Made by a program: the position numbers and the translations under genes
In this document: one piece after another, positions 52,801-61,700 of the stretch
How the letters are laid out: every line of letters begins with the position of its first letter
How positions within the stretch are numbered: the stretch's first letter is position 1
NCBI GenBank assembly: GCA_044229975.1
Contig: JBGARZ010000013.1
Span: 1-64,000 of the forward strand
Direction of reading: 5' to 3'
Source: Polyangiales bacterium
GTDB taxonomy: Bacteria > Myxococcota_A > Polyangia > Polyangiales > Ga0077539
DNA length: 64,000 bases
The notes under the pieces: model-generated
The model's database searches: none
Told to the model about the DNA's origin: nothing
What the model saw: only the letters and a program-made list of their open reading frames with translations

Positions 52801-55800
52801 TGGCGGGCGAGGCCAACGCGCACCTCACCATCATCAACGCGCCGGACGAGTGTGTGATCGGCGGCGAGTCCCTCGCGCTGGCGAGGGTGGTCGCGAAGCT
52901 TGGCGGCGAGCGCTGCTTCCCGATGGACTACGAGATGGCCGCGCACTGCCCCGAGATCGGCGTGGTGCGCGACGCGTGGTGGTCGCTGCACCACCGCGCG
53001 GTGACGCCCGCAAACGGGCTGCGCTTCTACTCCAACGGGACGGGGCACTCGTTTGCGCCGACGAGCGACGCCGTGGCCGACGCGATCACCGCGCAGGCGG
53101 TGCACACGCTCGACCTGCCGCGCACCATCGTGAAGATGTGGGAGGACGGCGTTCGGGTGTTCATCGAGCACGGTCCGCGTGGGGCGTGCTCGGGGTGGAT
53201 CAAGAAGATCCTCGGGGCGCGCGAGCACATCGCGGTGCCGCTCGACCTGGCCGGGCGCAACGGCGTGCGGCAGGCCGCGCAGGCGCTCGCGGCGCTGATC
53301 GCGGCAGGCGTGGACGTCGATGCGAGTGGGTTTCTCGCGGCGGTGGAGCGAGCGGCGACGCCGACGAAGGTGGCGGGGCGGGCGCTGACGTTCGCGGCGC
53401 ACCCGAAGGCGGTGCGCTTTCCGCCACGCGCGGAGGGTGAGCGGATGGAGCCCGCGCCCGCGCTGCCGTCGATGCTGGCGGATCTGTTGGCGAGGCCGCC
53501 GCGCCCGGTGACGGATGCCGAGGTGGTCGAAGCGACGGAGATGGTCGCGGCGGTGGCGAAGCCCGCGGCGGTGACGGTGAGCGCGCCGACGATGGTGGCG
53601 CCGAAGGGGCGAGCGTCGGTGGAGGCGCTGGCGCATCTGGCGGCGTTCCAGGGGCAGCTCGCGACGATGCACCGGGCGATGATCGAGGAGCAGGCGGCGC
53701 AGCACGAGCGCTTCCTCGACTTCCGCCAGCGCTCCGAGGCGCAGTTGTTGGCGATGATGGGCTCCCCTCCGGGAGCACCCACTCACGCCCCGGCCTCCGT
53801 CCTTACCCGAAGGGACGAGCCCGCCCACGTCCCGGAACGCGCCGAGACGGCCACGCGGTCGCTCCCCTCCGCTCCGCTCCGGGTAAGGCCGGTTATCGCG
53901 GACGTGCTCGAACCGACGCCCGCCGTCGCGTCGACGCCCGTCGCCCTCCCCGGCCCGAAGTTCGACCGCGCCCAGCTCGAAGTCCTCGCGGGCGGCAAGA
54001 TCTCCTCCGTCTTCGGCCCTCTCTTCGAGGCGCAGGACGGCTTCCATCGGCAGGTGCGGATGCCCATGCCGCCGCTGCTCTTCGCCGATCGCGTGACGGG
54101 CATCGACGCCGTCGCGGGCTCCATGAAGCTCGGAACCATCTGGACCGAGACCGACGTCCGCGCCGACGCGTGGTACCTCGGCCCCGACGGTCGCATGCCC
54201 GGCGGCGTGATGATCGAGAGCGGCCAGGCCGACCTGCTCCTCATCTCGTGGCTCGGCGTCGACCTGCTCAACCAGAGCGAACGCGTCTACCGCCTCCTCG
54301 GCTGCGAGCTCACCTATCACGGCGAGCTCCCGCGCGCGGGCGACACCCTCGTCTACGACATCCACATCGACGGCCACGCCAACCAGGGGCCCATCCGCCT
54401 CTTCTTCTTCCACTACGACTGCCGCGTGAACGGCGAGCTCCGCCTCTCCGTCCGCCACGGCCAGGCCGGCTTCTTCACCGACGCCGAGCTCGCCGACTCG
54501 GGCGGCATCCTCTGGAGTCCCGACGACAGCGCGCCCGCCGCCGACGCCCGCCTCGACGCGCCGCCGCGCCTCACCGAGCGCCGCCGCTTCTCCCACGAGC
54601 AGCTCGTCGCGTTCTCCGAGGGCCGCACCCACGAGTGCTTCGGCCCCGGCTTCGAGGCCACCCTCGCCCACGTCGCGACGCCGCGCATCGCGCCCGGCCG
54701 CCTGCTCTTCCCGCAGGAGGTCGTCGCCTTCGACCCCACGGGCGGCCCGTGGCAGCGCGGCTACCTCCGCGCCGAGCAGGCCATCCACGCCGACGACTGG
54801 TACTTCGAAGGCCACTTCAAGAACGACCCCTGCATGCCGGGGACGCTCATGTTCGAGGGCTGCCTCGCGACCATGGCGTTTCACCTCGCGGCGCTCGGCT
54901 TCACCATCGACCGCGACGGCTGGCGCTTCGAGCCGGTGACCGAGCTCAAGTACCTCATGCGCTGCCGCGGTCAGGTCACGCGCACGTCGCGCAAGCTCAC
55001 CTACGAGGTGTTCGTGAGCGAGGTGCACGACGGCCCGCTGCCGACGCTCTACGCCGACCTGCTCTGCACCGTCGACGGCCTCAAGGCCTTCCACGCGCGC
55101 CGCGTCGGGATGCGACTCATTCCGGCGTGGCCGCTCGACCACTGGGAGTCGCTCTCCACGCACCGCGAGCAGGAGACCGGTGAGCCCGTCGCGCTCGCGT
55201 CTCTCGGCGGGCTCGCGGGACACGTCGACACGGGCCGTGTTGCCTCCGTCGACGGCTTCTCCTTCGGCTACGCGTCGCTCATCGCGTGCGCGTGGGGCCG
55301 TCCGTCGCGCGCGTTTGGCCCCTTCTACGAGCGCTTCGACTCGACCCGCCGCGTCGCGCGCCTGCCCGGTCCGCCGTACCACTTCATGTCGCGCATCACC
55401 GACCTCGACGCCCCGATGGGTGCGCTCGTCGCCGGTGGCAGCATCGCGTGCGAGTACGACGTTCCTGCGTCGGTCTGGTACTTCGCTGAAAACGGCGCTC
55501 CCGTGATGCCGCTCGCGGTGCTGATGGAGGCGGCGCTGCAACCGTGCGGATGGTTCGCGAGCTACATCGGCAGCGCGCTCACCACCGACGTCGACCTGCT
55601 CTTCCGCAACCTCGACGGCACCGGAACCATGCACCGCGACCTCACCCCCGGGTCGGGTCCGCTGCGGACGAAGGTGAAGCTGAAGTCCGTCTCGCGGACG
55701 GCGGGCATGATCATCGTGTCCTTCCTCGTCTCGTGCTCGCAGAACGGCGACGCCGTCTACGACATGGACACCGTCTTCGGCTTCTTCCCGAAAGAAGCCT

Positions 55801-58439
55801 TCGAGAATCAAGCCGGCCTGCCCACCACCGACGAAGAGCGCGCCCGCCTCGCGTCGCCGAACACCCTCGACGTCGACCTCACCACGCGTCCTGCGCGCTA
55901 CTGCGGAAGCGCTCCGCGGCTGGCGGGCCCGATGTTGTTGATGCTCGACCGGGTGACGGCCTTCGACCCGACGGGCGGCAAGAAGGGCCTCGGTTGGTTG
56001 CGCGCCGAGAAGGACGTCGACGCGGCGGAGTGGTTCTTCAAGGCGCACTTCTTCCAGGACCCGGTGCAGCCCGGATCGCTCGGCATCGAGGCGCTCGCGC
56101 AGCTCATCCAGTTCTTCATGCTGGAGACGGGCATGGCGGCCGACGTCGTTCATCCGCGCTTCGAGGCGCTGATGACGGGCCGACCGCTCGCGTGGAAGTA
56201 CCGCGGCCAGGTCGTCCCCAAGAACAAGCTCATCCAGAGCGACATCGAGATCGTCGAAGTGGGACGCGACGCGCTCGGCCCGTACGCGGTCGCCGACTGC
56301 TCACTGTGGGTCGACGGCAAGCGCATCTATCAAGCGCGCAACTTCGGCATGCGCATCGTCGCGGGTGATCCGCCGCCGAGCCGCGAAGAGACGCTCGACC
56401 CCGCGCGCGACACCTGGCTCAACGACCATCGCCCGACGTGGACCGTCCCCGCGCTGCCGATGATGTCCATGGTCGATCGGCTCGCCTCCGTCGACACCCA
56501 GCCCGCGACGGTCATCCGCGACGTTCGCGCGCTGCGCTGGCTCGCCTTCGCGGGTGGTCCGCAGAGGCTGCGCGTCGAGCACACCGGCGATGCCACGCGT
56601 CTGCTCGCGTGGCGTGACGCCGCCAACCCAGCGCTCTCCCGCTTCGAGCCCGTCGCGGAAGGCATCGTCTCCCACGAGCCCGTCGGCGCCGCGCCCGTCG
56701 CCTGGGCGCCGCTCGCCGATGCCGTCGATGAGGGCGATCCCTACGAGTCCGGTCGCCTCTTCCACGGTCCGTCGTTCCGGTGTGTCACCTCGTGGCGCCT
56801 CGGTCCCACGGGCGCCTCTGCCGTCGTCGACGCGGCCCGCTGCACCGTCCCGCGCGGAACGCTCCACCAGGGTCTCCTCGACGCGATGACCCACGCCATC
56901 CCGCACGACTCGCTCTGGCGCTGGTCGTCGGAGATCCCGCGCGACGTCGCGGCGTACCCGCACCGCGTCGCCGAGCTGCGCCTCTTCGCCCCGCTGCCCG
57001 ACGTCGGAACCCTCCGTATCGAAGCCCGCTTCGACGGCTTCGATGGTGACCCGCGCTTCCCCGTGACCGACGTTCAGCTCATCGCGGGCGATCGTGTTCT
57101 CGCGACGATGCGCCTCGTCGAAGTGCTGCTCCCCAAAGGGTCGCTCGGCGTCACCGAGCCGCTCGCCCGCCGCGCCTTCCTCGAAGGCCATGCGATGCCC
57201 GGCGTCTCCATGTCGCGCGTCGACGGCGCCGTCACCACGCTCGACGACGCCGAGCTGCGCACCCTCGACTGGCTGCCCAACACGGTCGCGCGCATCTATC
57301 ACCTCGACCGCCCCGCCGACGCCACCGCCGACGTCGCGGTGAAGGAGCACGTCGCCCGCGCGGCCTTCGTCCACCCCGCCACGGTGCGCGTCGCCTACGA
57401 CGGTGGCTTCGCCGCGGTGCGCCCGTTTCGCAAGCACCCGGTGACGGTCACCCGCGACGGATCGCGCGTCGCCGTGCGCGACGCCGCGCCGCCCATCAAT
57501 GACTTCAGCGCCCCCAAGCGCTTCTGGCGCGAGCGCCTCAACACCAACGGCTGGCTCGCGGAGGACATCTTCTTCGGGCTCATCGACCGCTTCGTCGGCG
57601 ACGTGGTCATCACCGACCCGGCGGGCTTCGCGACGCTGCGCGGACGACCGTGCCTCTTCCTGGCCAACCACCAGATCGGCATCGAGTCGCTGCTCTTCTC
57701 GCTGCTCATCACCTCGCTCACGGACACCACGCTCGTCACGGTGGCCAAGGCCGAGCACCGCACCACCTGGATCGGTCGGCTCATCGCGAGCTCGTTCTCG
57801 CGGCCAGGGCTCGTCGACCCGGGGGTCATCACCTTCTTCGACCGCGACGACCCGTCGTCGCTCCAGACCATCGCGCGCACGCTCGGCGAAGACCTGCTCG
57901 CGGGCCGCCGCAACGCGCTCATCCACGTCGAGGGCACGCGCTCGCTCGCCGCCCGCCACGAGGTGCTGAAGATCGGCTCGACCTTCCTCGACCTCGCCGT
58001 CGCCACCGGAACGCTCATCGTCCCGGTTCGCTTCGCGGGCGCGCTGCCGGTGGAGCCGCTCACCGCGCGCACCGACTTCCCCGTCGGGTTTGGCCGCCAG
58101 GACTACTGGGTCGGCCCGGCCATTCCGCCGGAGGTCATCGCGGCCATTCCCTTGAAGGAACGTCGTGACTTCGTGCGCGCGGCCATCAACCAGCTCGGTC
58201 CGCCGCTGGCCGAGGAGGTTCCGCACGCGCCCGACCCCGCGCTCGAAGCGTCCATCGAGTCGCTGCGCCTCGCGACGGGAGCGCCCCTCGCCGCCGCCGT
58301 GTTGCGCCGCCTGCTGGAGCAGGTCGGCGATATCTCGGACGAGGCGCGCGTCGTGCTCGCGGGCGGTCCGTTCGCCGACACTCCCGACGGCAGGTGGCTC
58401 GCGCACTTCGCGCAGCTCGTCGCACCGGAGAAGCTGTGA
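49854..58439 (+). CDS. pfa3: PUFA synthase Pfa3: KS-CLF-AT-DH'/DH-DH'/DH-PKS-type DH-AGPAT
   Basis: DAACASS/ECHATGT/GHL; GYSSG; GHFKNDPCMPGTL; AHFFQDPVQPGSLG; DHRPTWTVPALP; NHQIGIES and HVEGTRS acyltransferase motifs. Confidence 0.94.
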   Translation: MPFEPIAVVGRSCVLPGALDPTALWNNVRAGRDLVAPAPEGRWSLPRNDAMGTTASHADRTWTDAGGYVTGFDAVFDPTGFRVAADEVRALDAVFRWTLHGVREALRSAKREGTATTGLVMGNLSFPSASMAAYAEHLWLVDQGLATGAGPHPRNRFTSGMPALYAAKALGLGAGALALDAACASSLYAIKLACDRLQAREVDTMVAGAVSAADDLFIHIGFCALSAMSRTGRSRPFDKAADGLVPAEGAAFVVLRRLSDAVRDGDTILGVIRGVGLSNDGRGRGLLAPSEEGQVRAMRAAWASAGLAPSDVGLVECHATGTPVGDAVEVHSMAEVFAGARDVPIGSLKSNLGHLITAAGAAGLLKVIAAMEAGERPPTLHADDAIDALAGTPFRLLREPERWMGPKRATVSAFGFGGNNAHLIVEAFDGASPAIATRTTKPAAVAIVGIGARVGSGDGRGDFVRTLMSGRVDDQARESVVVDAEGLRFPPKDLEKTHAQQLMVLEAAREAAAVGGLDRETTAVIVGMGTDPAVARHGARWRLGARTAGAEGVDATWIAQAKDALAPTLEAAGVVGTMPNMPANRVCSQLDLGGMGFTVSAEEGSGLAALRIAAHALRAGEIDAALVGAVDLSHDLVHAAALHALGVDRPSGDAAVVLTLRRLDDARADGQPVLAVLDEGDGEAVETVGLFGHAHAATSLVDVAAAALAVGHGFRFGAGTAGRAWLGERKARVETTVLDGANASVTLRGDGAVPLFTAGALVLRVYSGGDRAAVAQALAAGRESSAGPARLVLVGTSEEMPARVEAAQRALAGGGAMPEGAAFGERAVGGDVASVFTGAAAGYVGMGRDLTLAFPALVEKLGRRSSGVIAATRWAFDGGDKHPLDQLWGTTYLCQLHALLVSDVFGLKPRATLGYSSGETNALFAAHLWNDFDAMMSASREAPLFKDDLCGEFRACRTLWGLPDGRWQAYSVVAPVERVREALAGEANAHLTIINAPDECVIGGESLALARVVAKLGGERCFPMDYEMAAHCPEIGVVRDAWWSLHHRAVTPANGLRFYSNGTGHSFAPTSDAVADAITAQAVHTLDLPRTIVKMWEDGVRVFIEHGPRGACSGWIKKILGAREHIAVPLDLAGRNGVRQAAQALAALIAAGVDVDASGFLAAVERAATPTKVAGRALTFAAHPKAVRFPPRAEGERMEPAPALPSMLADLLARPPRPVTDAEVVEATEMVAAVAKPAAVTVSAPTMVAPKGRASVEALAHLAAFQGQLATMHRAMIEEQAAQHERFLDFRQRSEAQLLAMMGSPPGAPTHAPASVLTRRDEPAHVPERAETATRSLPSAPLRVRPVIADVLEPTPAVASTPVALPGPKFDRAQLEVLAGGKISSVFGPLFEAQDGFHRQVRMPMPPLLFADRVTGIDAVAGSMKLGTIWTETDVRADAWYLGPDGRMPGGVMIESGQADLLLISWLGVDLLNQSERVYRLLGCELTYHGELPRAGDTLVYDIHIDGHANQGPIRLFFFHYDCRVNGELRLSVRHGQAGFFTDAELADSGGILWSPDDSAPAADARLDAPPRLTERRRFSHEQLVAFSEGRTHECFGPGFEATLAHVATPRIAPGRLLFPQEVVAFDPTGGPWQRGYLRAEQAIHADDWYFEGHFKNDPCMPGTLMFEGCLATMAFHLAALGFTIDRDGWRFEPVTELKYLMRCRGQVTRTSRKLTYEVFVSEVHDGPLPTLYADLLCTVDGLKAFHARRVGMRLIPAWPLDHWESLSTHREQETGEPVALASLGGLAGHVDTGRVASVDGFSFGYASLIACAWGRPSRAFGPFYERFDSTRRVARLPGPPYHFMSRITDLDAPMGALVAGGSIACEYDVPASVWYFAENGAPVMPLAVLMEAALQPCGWFASYIGSALTTDVDLLFRNLDGTGTMHRDLTPGSGPLRTKVKLKSVSRTAGMIIVSFLVSCSQNGDAVYDMDTVFGFFPKEAFENQAGLPTTDEERARLASPNTLDVDLTTRPARYCGSAPRLAGPMLLMLDRVTAFDPTGGKKGLGWLRAEKDVDAAEWFFKAHFFQDPVQPGSLGIEALAQLIQFFMLETGMAADVVHPRFEALMTGRPLAWKYRGQVVPKNKLIQSDIEIVEVGRDALGPYAVADCSLWVDGKRIYQARNFGMRIVAGDPPPSREETLDPARDTWLNDHRPTWTVPALPMMSMVDRLASVDTQPATVIRDVRALRWLAFAGGPQRLRVEHTGDATRLLAWRDAANPALSRFEPVAEGIVSHEPVGAAPVAWAPLADAVDEGDPYESGRLFHGPSFRCVTSWRLGPTGASAVVDAARCTVPRGTLHQGLLDAMTHAIPHDSLWRWSSEIPRDVAAYPHRVAELRLFAPLPDVGTLRIEARFDGFDGDPRFPVTDVQLIAGDRVLATMRLVEVLLPKGSLGVTEPLARRAFLEGHAMPGVSMSRVDGAVTTLDDAELRTLDWLPNTVARIYHLDRPADATADVAVKEHVARAAFVHPATVRVAYDGGFAAVRPFRKHPVTVTRDGSRVAVRDAAPPINDFSAPKRFWRERLNTNGWLAEDIFFGLIDRFVGDVVITDPAGFATLRGRPCLFLANHQIGIESLLFSLLITSLTDTTLVTVAKAEHRTTWIGRLIASSFSRPGLVDPGVITFFDRDDPSSLQTIARTLGEDLLAGRRNALIHVEGTRSLAARHEVLKIGSTFLDLAVATGTLIVPVRFAGALPVEPLTARTDFPVGFGRQDYWVGPAIPPEVIAAIPLKERRDFVRAAINQLGPPLAEEVPHAPDPALEASIESLRLATGAPLAAAVLRRLLEQVGDISDEARVVLAGGPFADTPDGRWLAHFAQLVAPEKL
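53797..53892. repeat. Palindromic element inside the pfa3 linker
   Basis: CCTTACCCG...CGGGTAAGG inverted ends; related sequence at ~24524-24550. Confidence 0.55.
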
Positions 58440-58448
58440 ACCACCGTT

Positions 58449-58705
58449 CGCCGTGCGCCGGGGTTCACCGTGCAGGCTCCGGATCCATCGCGCGCGGTTC
58501 ACCCCGGGCAATGGTAGGGGGTCACCCCATCGCTCCGCGACGGGGTTACAGGAGGGATCCTTCCCGGCTCCTGATGCCCCCCACTTCCAACGATCGCACT
58601 TGCTGCAGCCCCGTCGCGAAGCGATGGGGTGACCCCCTACCATTGCCCGGCGTGAACCGCGCGCGATGGACCCGGAGCCTGCACGGTGAACCCCGGCGCA
58701 CGGCG
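58449..58705. repeat. Long inverted-repeat element, subfamily A
   Basis: ~103-bp arms (58449-58551 and 58603-58705) with about five mismatches and a 51-bp loop. Confidence 0.93.
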
Positions 58706-58716
58706 CAAGGACAACC

Positions 58717-61700
58717 ATGACCCACCGCCCATTCCGTCGCGTCGGCGTCGTCAACCGCGCCGAGGCCGCCACCCGCTTTCTCCGCGGCGCCCGCGCCTGG
58801 TCGCTGCTCCACGACCTCCCCCTCGAAGTCGTCGCCTTCTACACCGACCCCGACGCGGGCGCTCCGTTCGTGCGTGACGCCGACGCCGAGGTCGCCCTCG
58901 GTCCCGCCATGGTCGCCGCGCCCGATGGGCGACGCCGATCGGCCTACCTCGACATCCCCACCATCGTCGCGCGCCTCGTCGAGAGCGGCTGCGACGCCGT
59001 CTGGCCCGGCTGGGGCTTCCTCAGCGAAAACCCCGCCTTCGTCGACGCCGTCACCGCCGCAGGCATCGTCTTCATCGGACCGCCCGCCGAAGCCATGCGC
59101 CGCCTCGGCGACAAGATCGCCGCCAAGCGCCTCGCCGAAGCCAACGGCGTCCCCGTCACCCCGTGGAGCCACGGCCCCGTCGCGGACGCCGCCGAAGCGA
59201 AGCGCCACGCCGAGCGCATCGGCTACCCCGTTCTCGTCAAAGCCGTCGCAGGCGGCGGCGGGCGTGGCATCCGCGTCGTCACTGATCCCACGCAGCTCGA
59301 AGCGGCCTTCCGCAGCGCCTCCGACGAAGCCCGCGCTGCTTTCGGTGATGCGTCATTGCTCGTCGAGGCGCTGCTCCCCGAGGCGCGCCACGTCGAGGTG
59401 CAGGTGCTCGCCGACGCCCACGGCAACGTGCACGCCGTCGGAACGCGCGACTGCTCCATGCAGCGCCGCCACCAGAAGGTCATCGAGGAAGGCCCCGCGC
59501 CGTTGCTCCCCGCCGCCACGCTCGACGGCGTGTGCCGCAGCGCCGTCGCGGTCGCCCGCGCGAGCGGGTACGTCAACGCAGGCACGGCGGAGTTTCTCGT
59601 CACGCCCGACGGCGAGCGCTTCGTCTTCCTCGAAATGAACACCCGCCTCCAGGTGGAGCACCCCGTCACCGAGTGCACCACCGGCCTCGACCTCGTCGGC
59701 GCGCAGATCGACGTCGCCATGGGCGCCCGCATCGAGAGCACTCCCCCGACGCGCGGGCACGCCATCGAGGTGCGCCTCAACGCCGAAGACCCGGAGCACA
59801 ACTTCGCGCCCAGCGCCGGTCGCCTGCACCGCTTCGATCTCCCGCACGGGCCGGGCGTCCGCGTCGACTCCGGCTTCGAGGCGGGCGGGACCGTTCCCAC
59901 CGAGTTCGACTCCATGCTCGCGAAGCTCATCGTCACGGGCGCCACCCGCGACGAGGCCCTCGCGCGCCTCGCCGACGCCCTCACGCGCACCACCATCGCC
60001 ATCGAGGGCGGAGCGTCCAACCGCGCGCTGCTGCTCGACCTCGTGCGCTCGCCCGAGTTCCGCCGCGGCCCGGTCACCACCCGATGGCTCGACCGCTGGG
60101 TCAACGAGCGGCCCTCTGGGCTCGACCGCGCGGGCGCCGCCGTCGCCCTCGTCGCGGGCGCCATCATCGAGTGCGAGCACGTCCGCCGACGCCACGTCGT
60201 CAACTTCCTCCGGCAGGCGCGCGGCAGCGGCGTCCCCACCAGCGCGCCCGTCTCCGAGCCCCGCGGCGTGCGCTTCACCGTCGACGGAACCAGCGTCGCC
60301 CTGGAGGTCGCCACCATCGGCCCGCGCCGCTTCCGCGTGAGCGACGGCAGCGGCGCCGTCGAGGCCCGCTTCGAGTTCACCGACCGCTCCACCGGGACGC
60401 TCACCGTCGCTGGACGGCGTCATCGTGTGGTGGTCGTTCGTAGCGCGCGCGAGCTCTCCATCGAGGTCGACGGCGTGGCGCACAGCCTCCGCCGCGCTTC
60501 GGACGGCCGCGTCGTCGCGCCGCTCCCTGCCGTGGTCGCTGGGGTCGACGTGAAGGCCGGAGAGTCCGTCACGGCCGGCCAGCGTCTCGCGACGCTGGAG
60601 GTGATGAAGATGGAGTTCGCGGTGGAGTCGCCCGTCGACGGCGTGGTGACCCGCGTGCTCGTGGATCAGGGCGTTCACGTCAGCGCGGGGGATGCCATCG
60701 CCTTCGTGGTGGCTGCGCGCGACAGCATGTCCATCGCCGCACCCGACGTGCTCAAGCCCGTCGCCGGTCGCCGGCCCGCCGACGACTGGGGCGACCCCGT
60801 CGCCGTCCTGCGCGGAACCCTCCTCGGCTACGAGCTCCCCGCCCCGGCCGTCACCGCCGCGCTCGCTGCGCTGCGCGACCACGGCGCGACCTTCCCCCTC
60901 GCCCGCCTGCTCGACCTGCTGGAGGTCCACGTCGCGCGCGAGGCCCTCTTCGACCGCGCCCTCCTCGCCGACGGAACGGCCGCCGTCGACGCCTTCGCCG
61001 AGTACCTCCGCCTGCCCGTGAGGGACGGTCTCGTCGAGGGCTTCGAGCCGCTGCTGGTGCGTGCGCTCGCCTGCTACGAGGTCCGCTCGCTCGCTGTCAC
61101 GCCCATCCTGGAGAGCGCGCTCCTGCGCATCGCTCAAGCGCGCCGCGCCCGTGACGACCACGGCGTCATCCTCCTCGCCGCTCTCTCGGCGCTCGACCGC
61201 CTCGCCGACGCGGGCGCCACCGACGACACCGCGCGCGCCCTCTTCGAGCGCCTCTCGACGCTCGAAGCCGCCCGCAACCCGCGCCTCGCCGACGCCGCGT
61301 GGACAGCAGCCTACCTGCTCTGCGACCGCGTCGACCACGTCGACCCGACGCCGCTCGCGCCCGGCCCCGAGCTCCACGAGGAGCTGGGCCGACTGTCACT
61401 CTTCGACCTCACATGGATTCCGTCCGCGACCGGCGCCCGCGTCGCCCTCGCCCGCGCGCACTCCGACCCCGGTGACGCGCGGCTGATCGGGTTCGTCCAG
61501 CTCCAGCGCTTGCCCGCGCCGGGTGAAGACCTCGACCGCTGCTACCTGGAGACGGTTCATACGCTGCGACGGACGGTGAGCGCGCCGGAGCAGCTCGGCG
61601 TGAAGCTGGGCGGCGCACGACTGCTGGTGGCCTTCAACGATCCGCTGCCGACCGACCGCGGGCCCTTCGAAGAGGCCGCCCGCGCGCTGGCCGCACCCGC

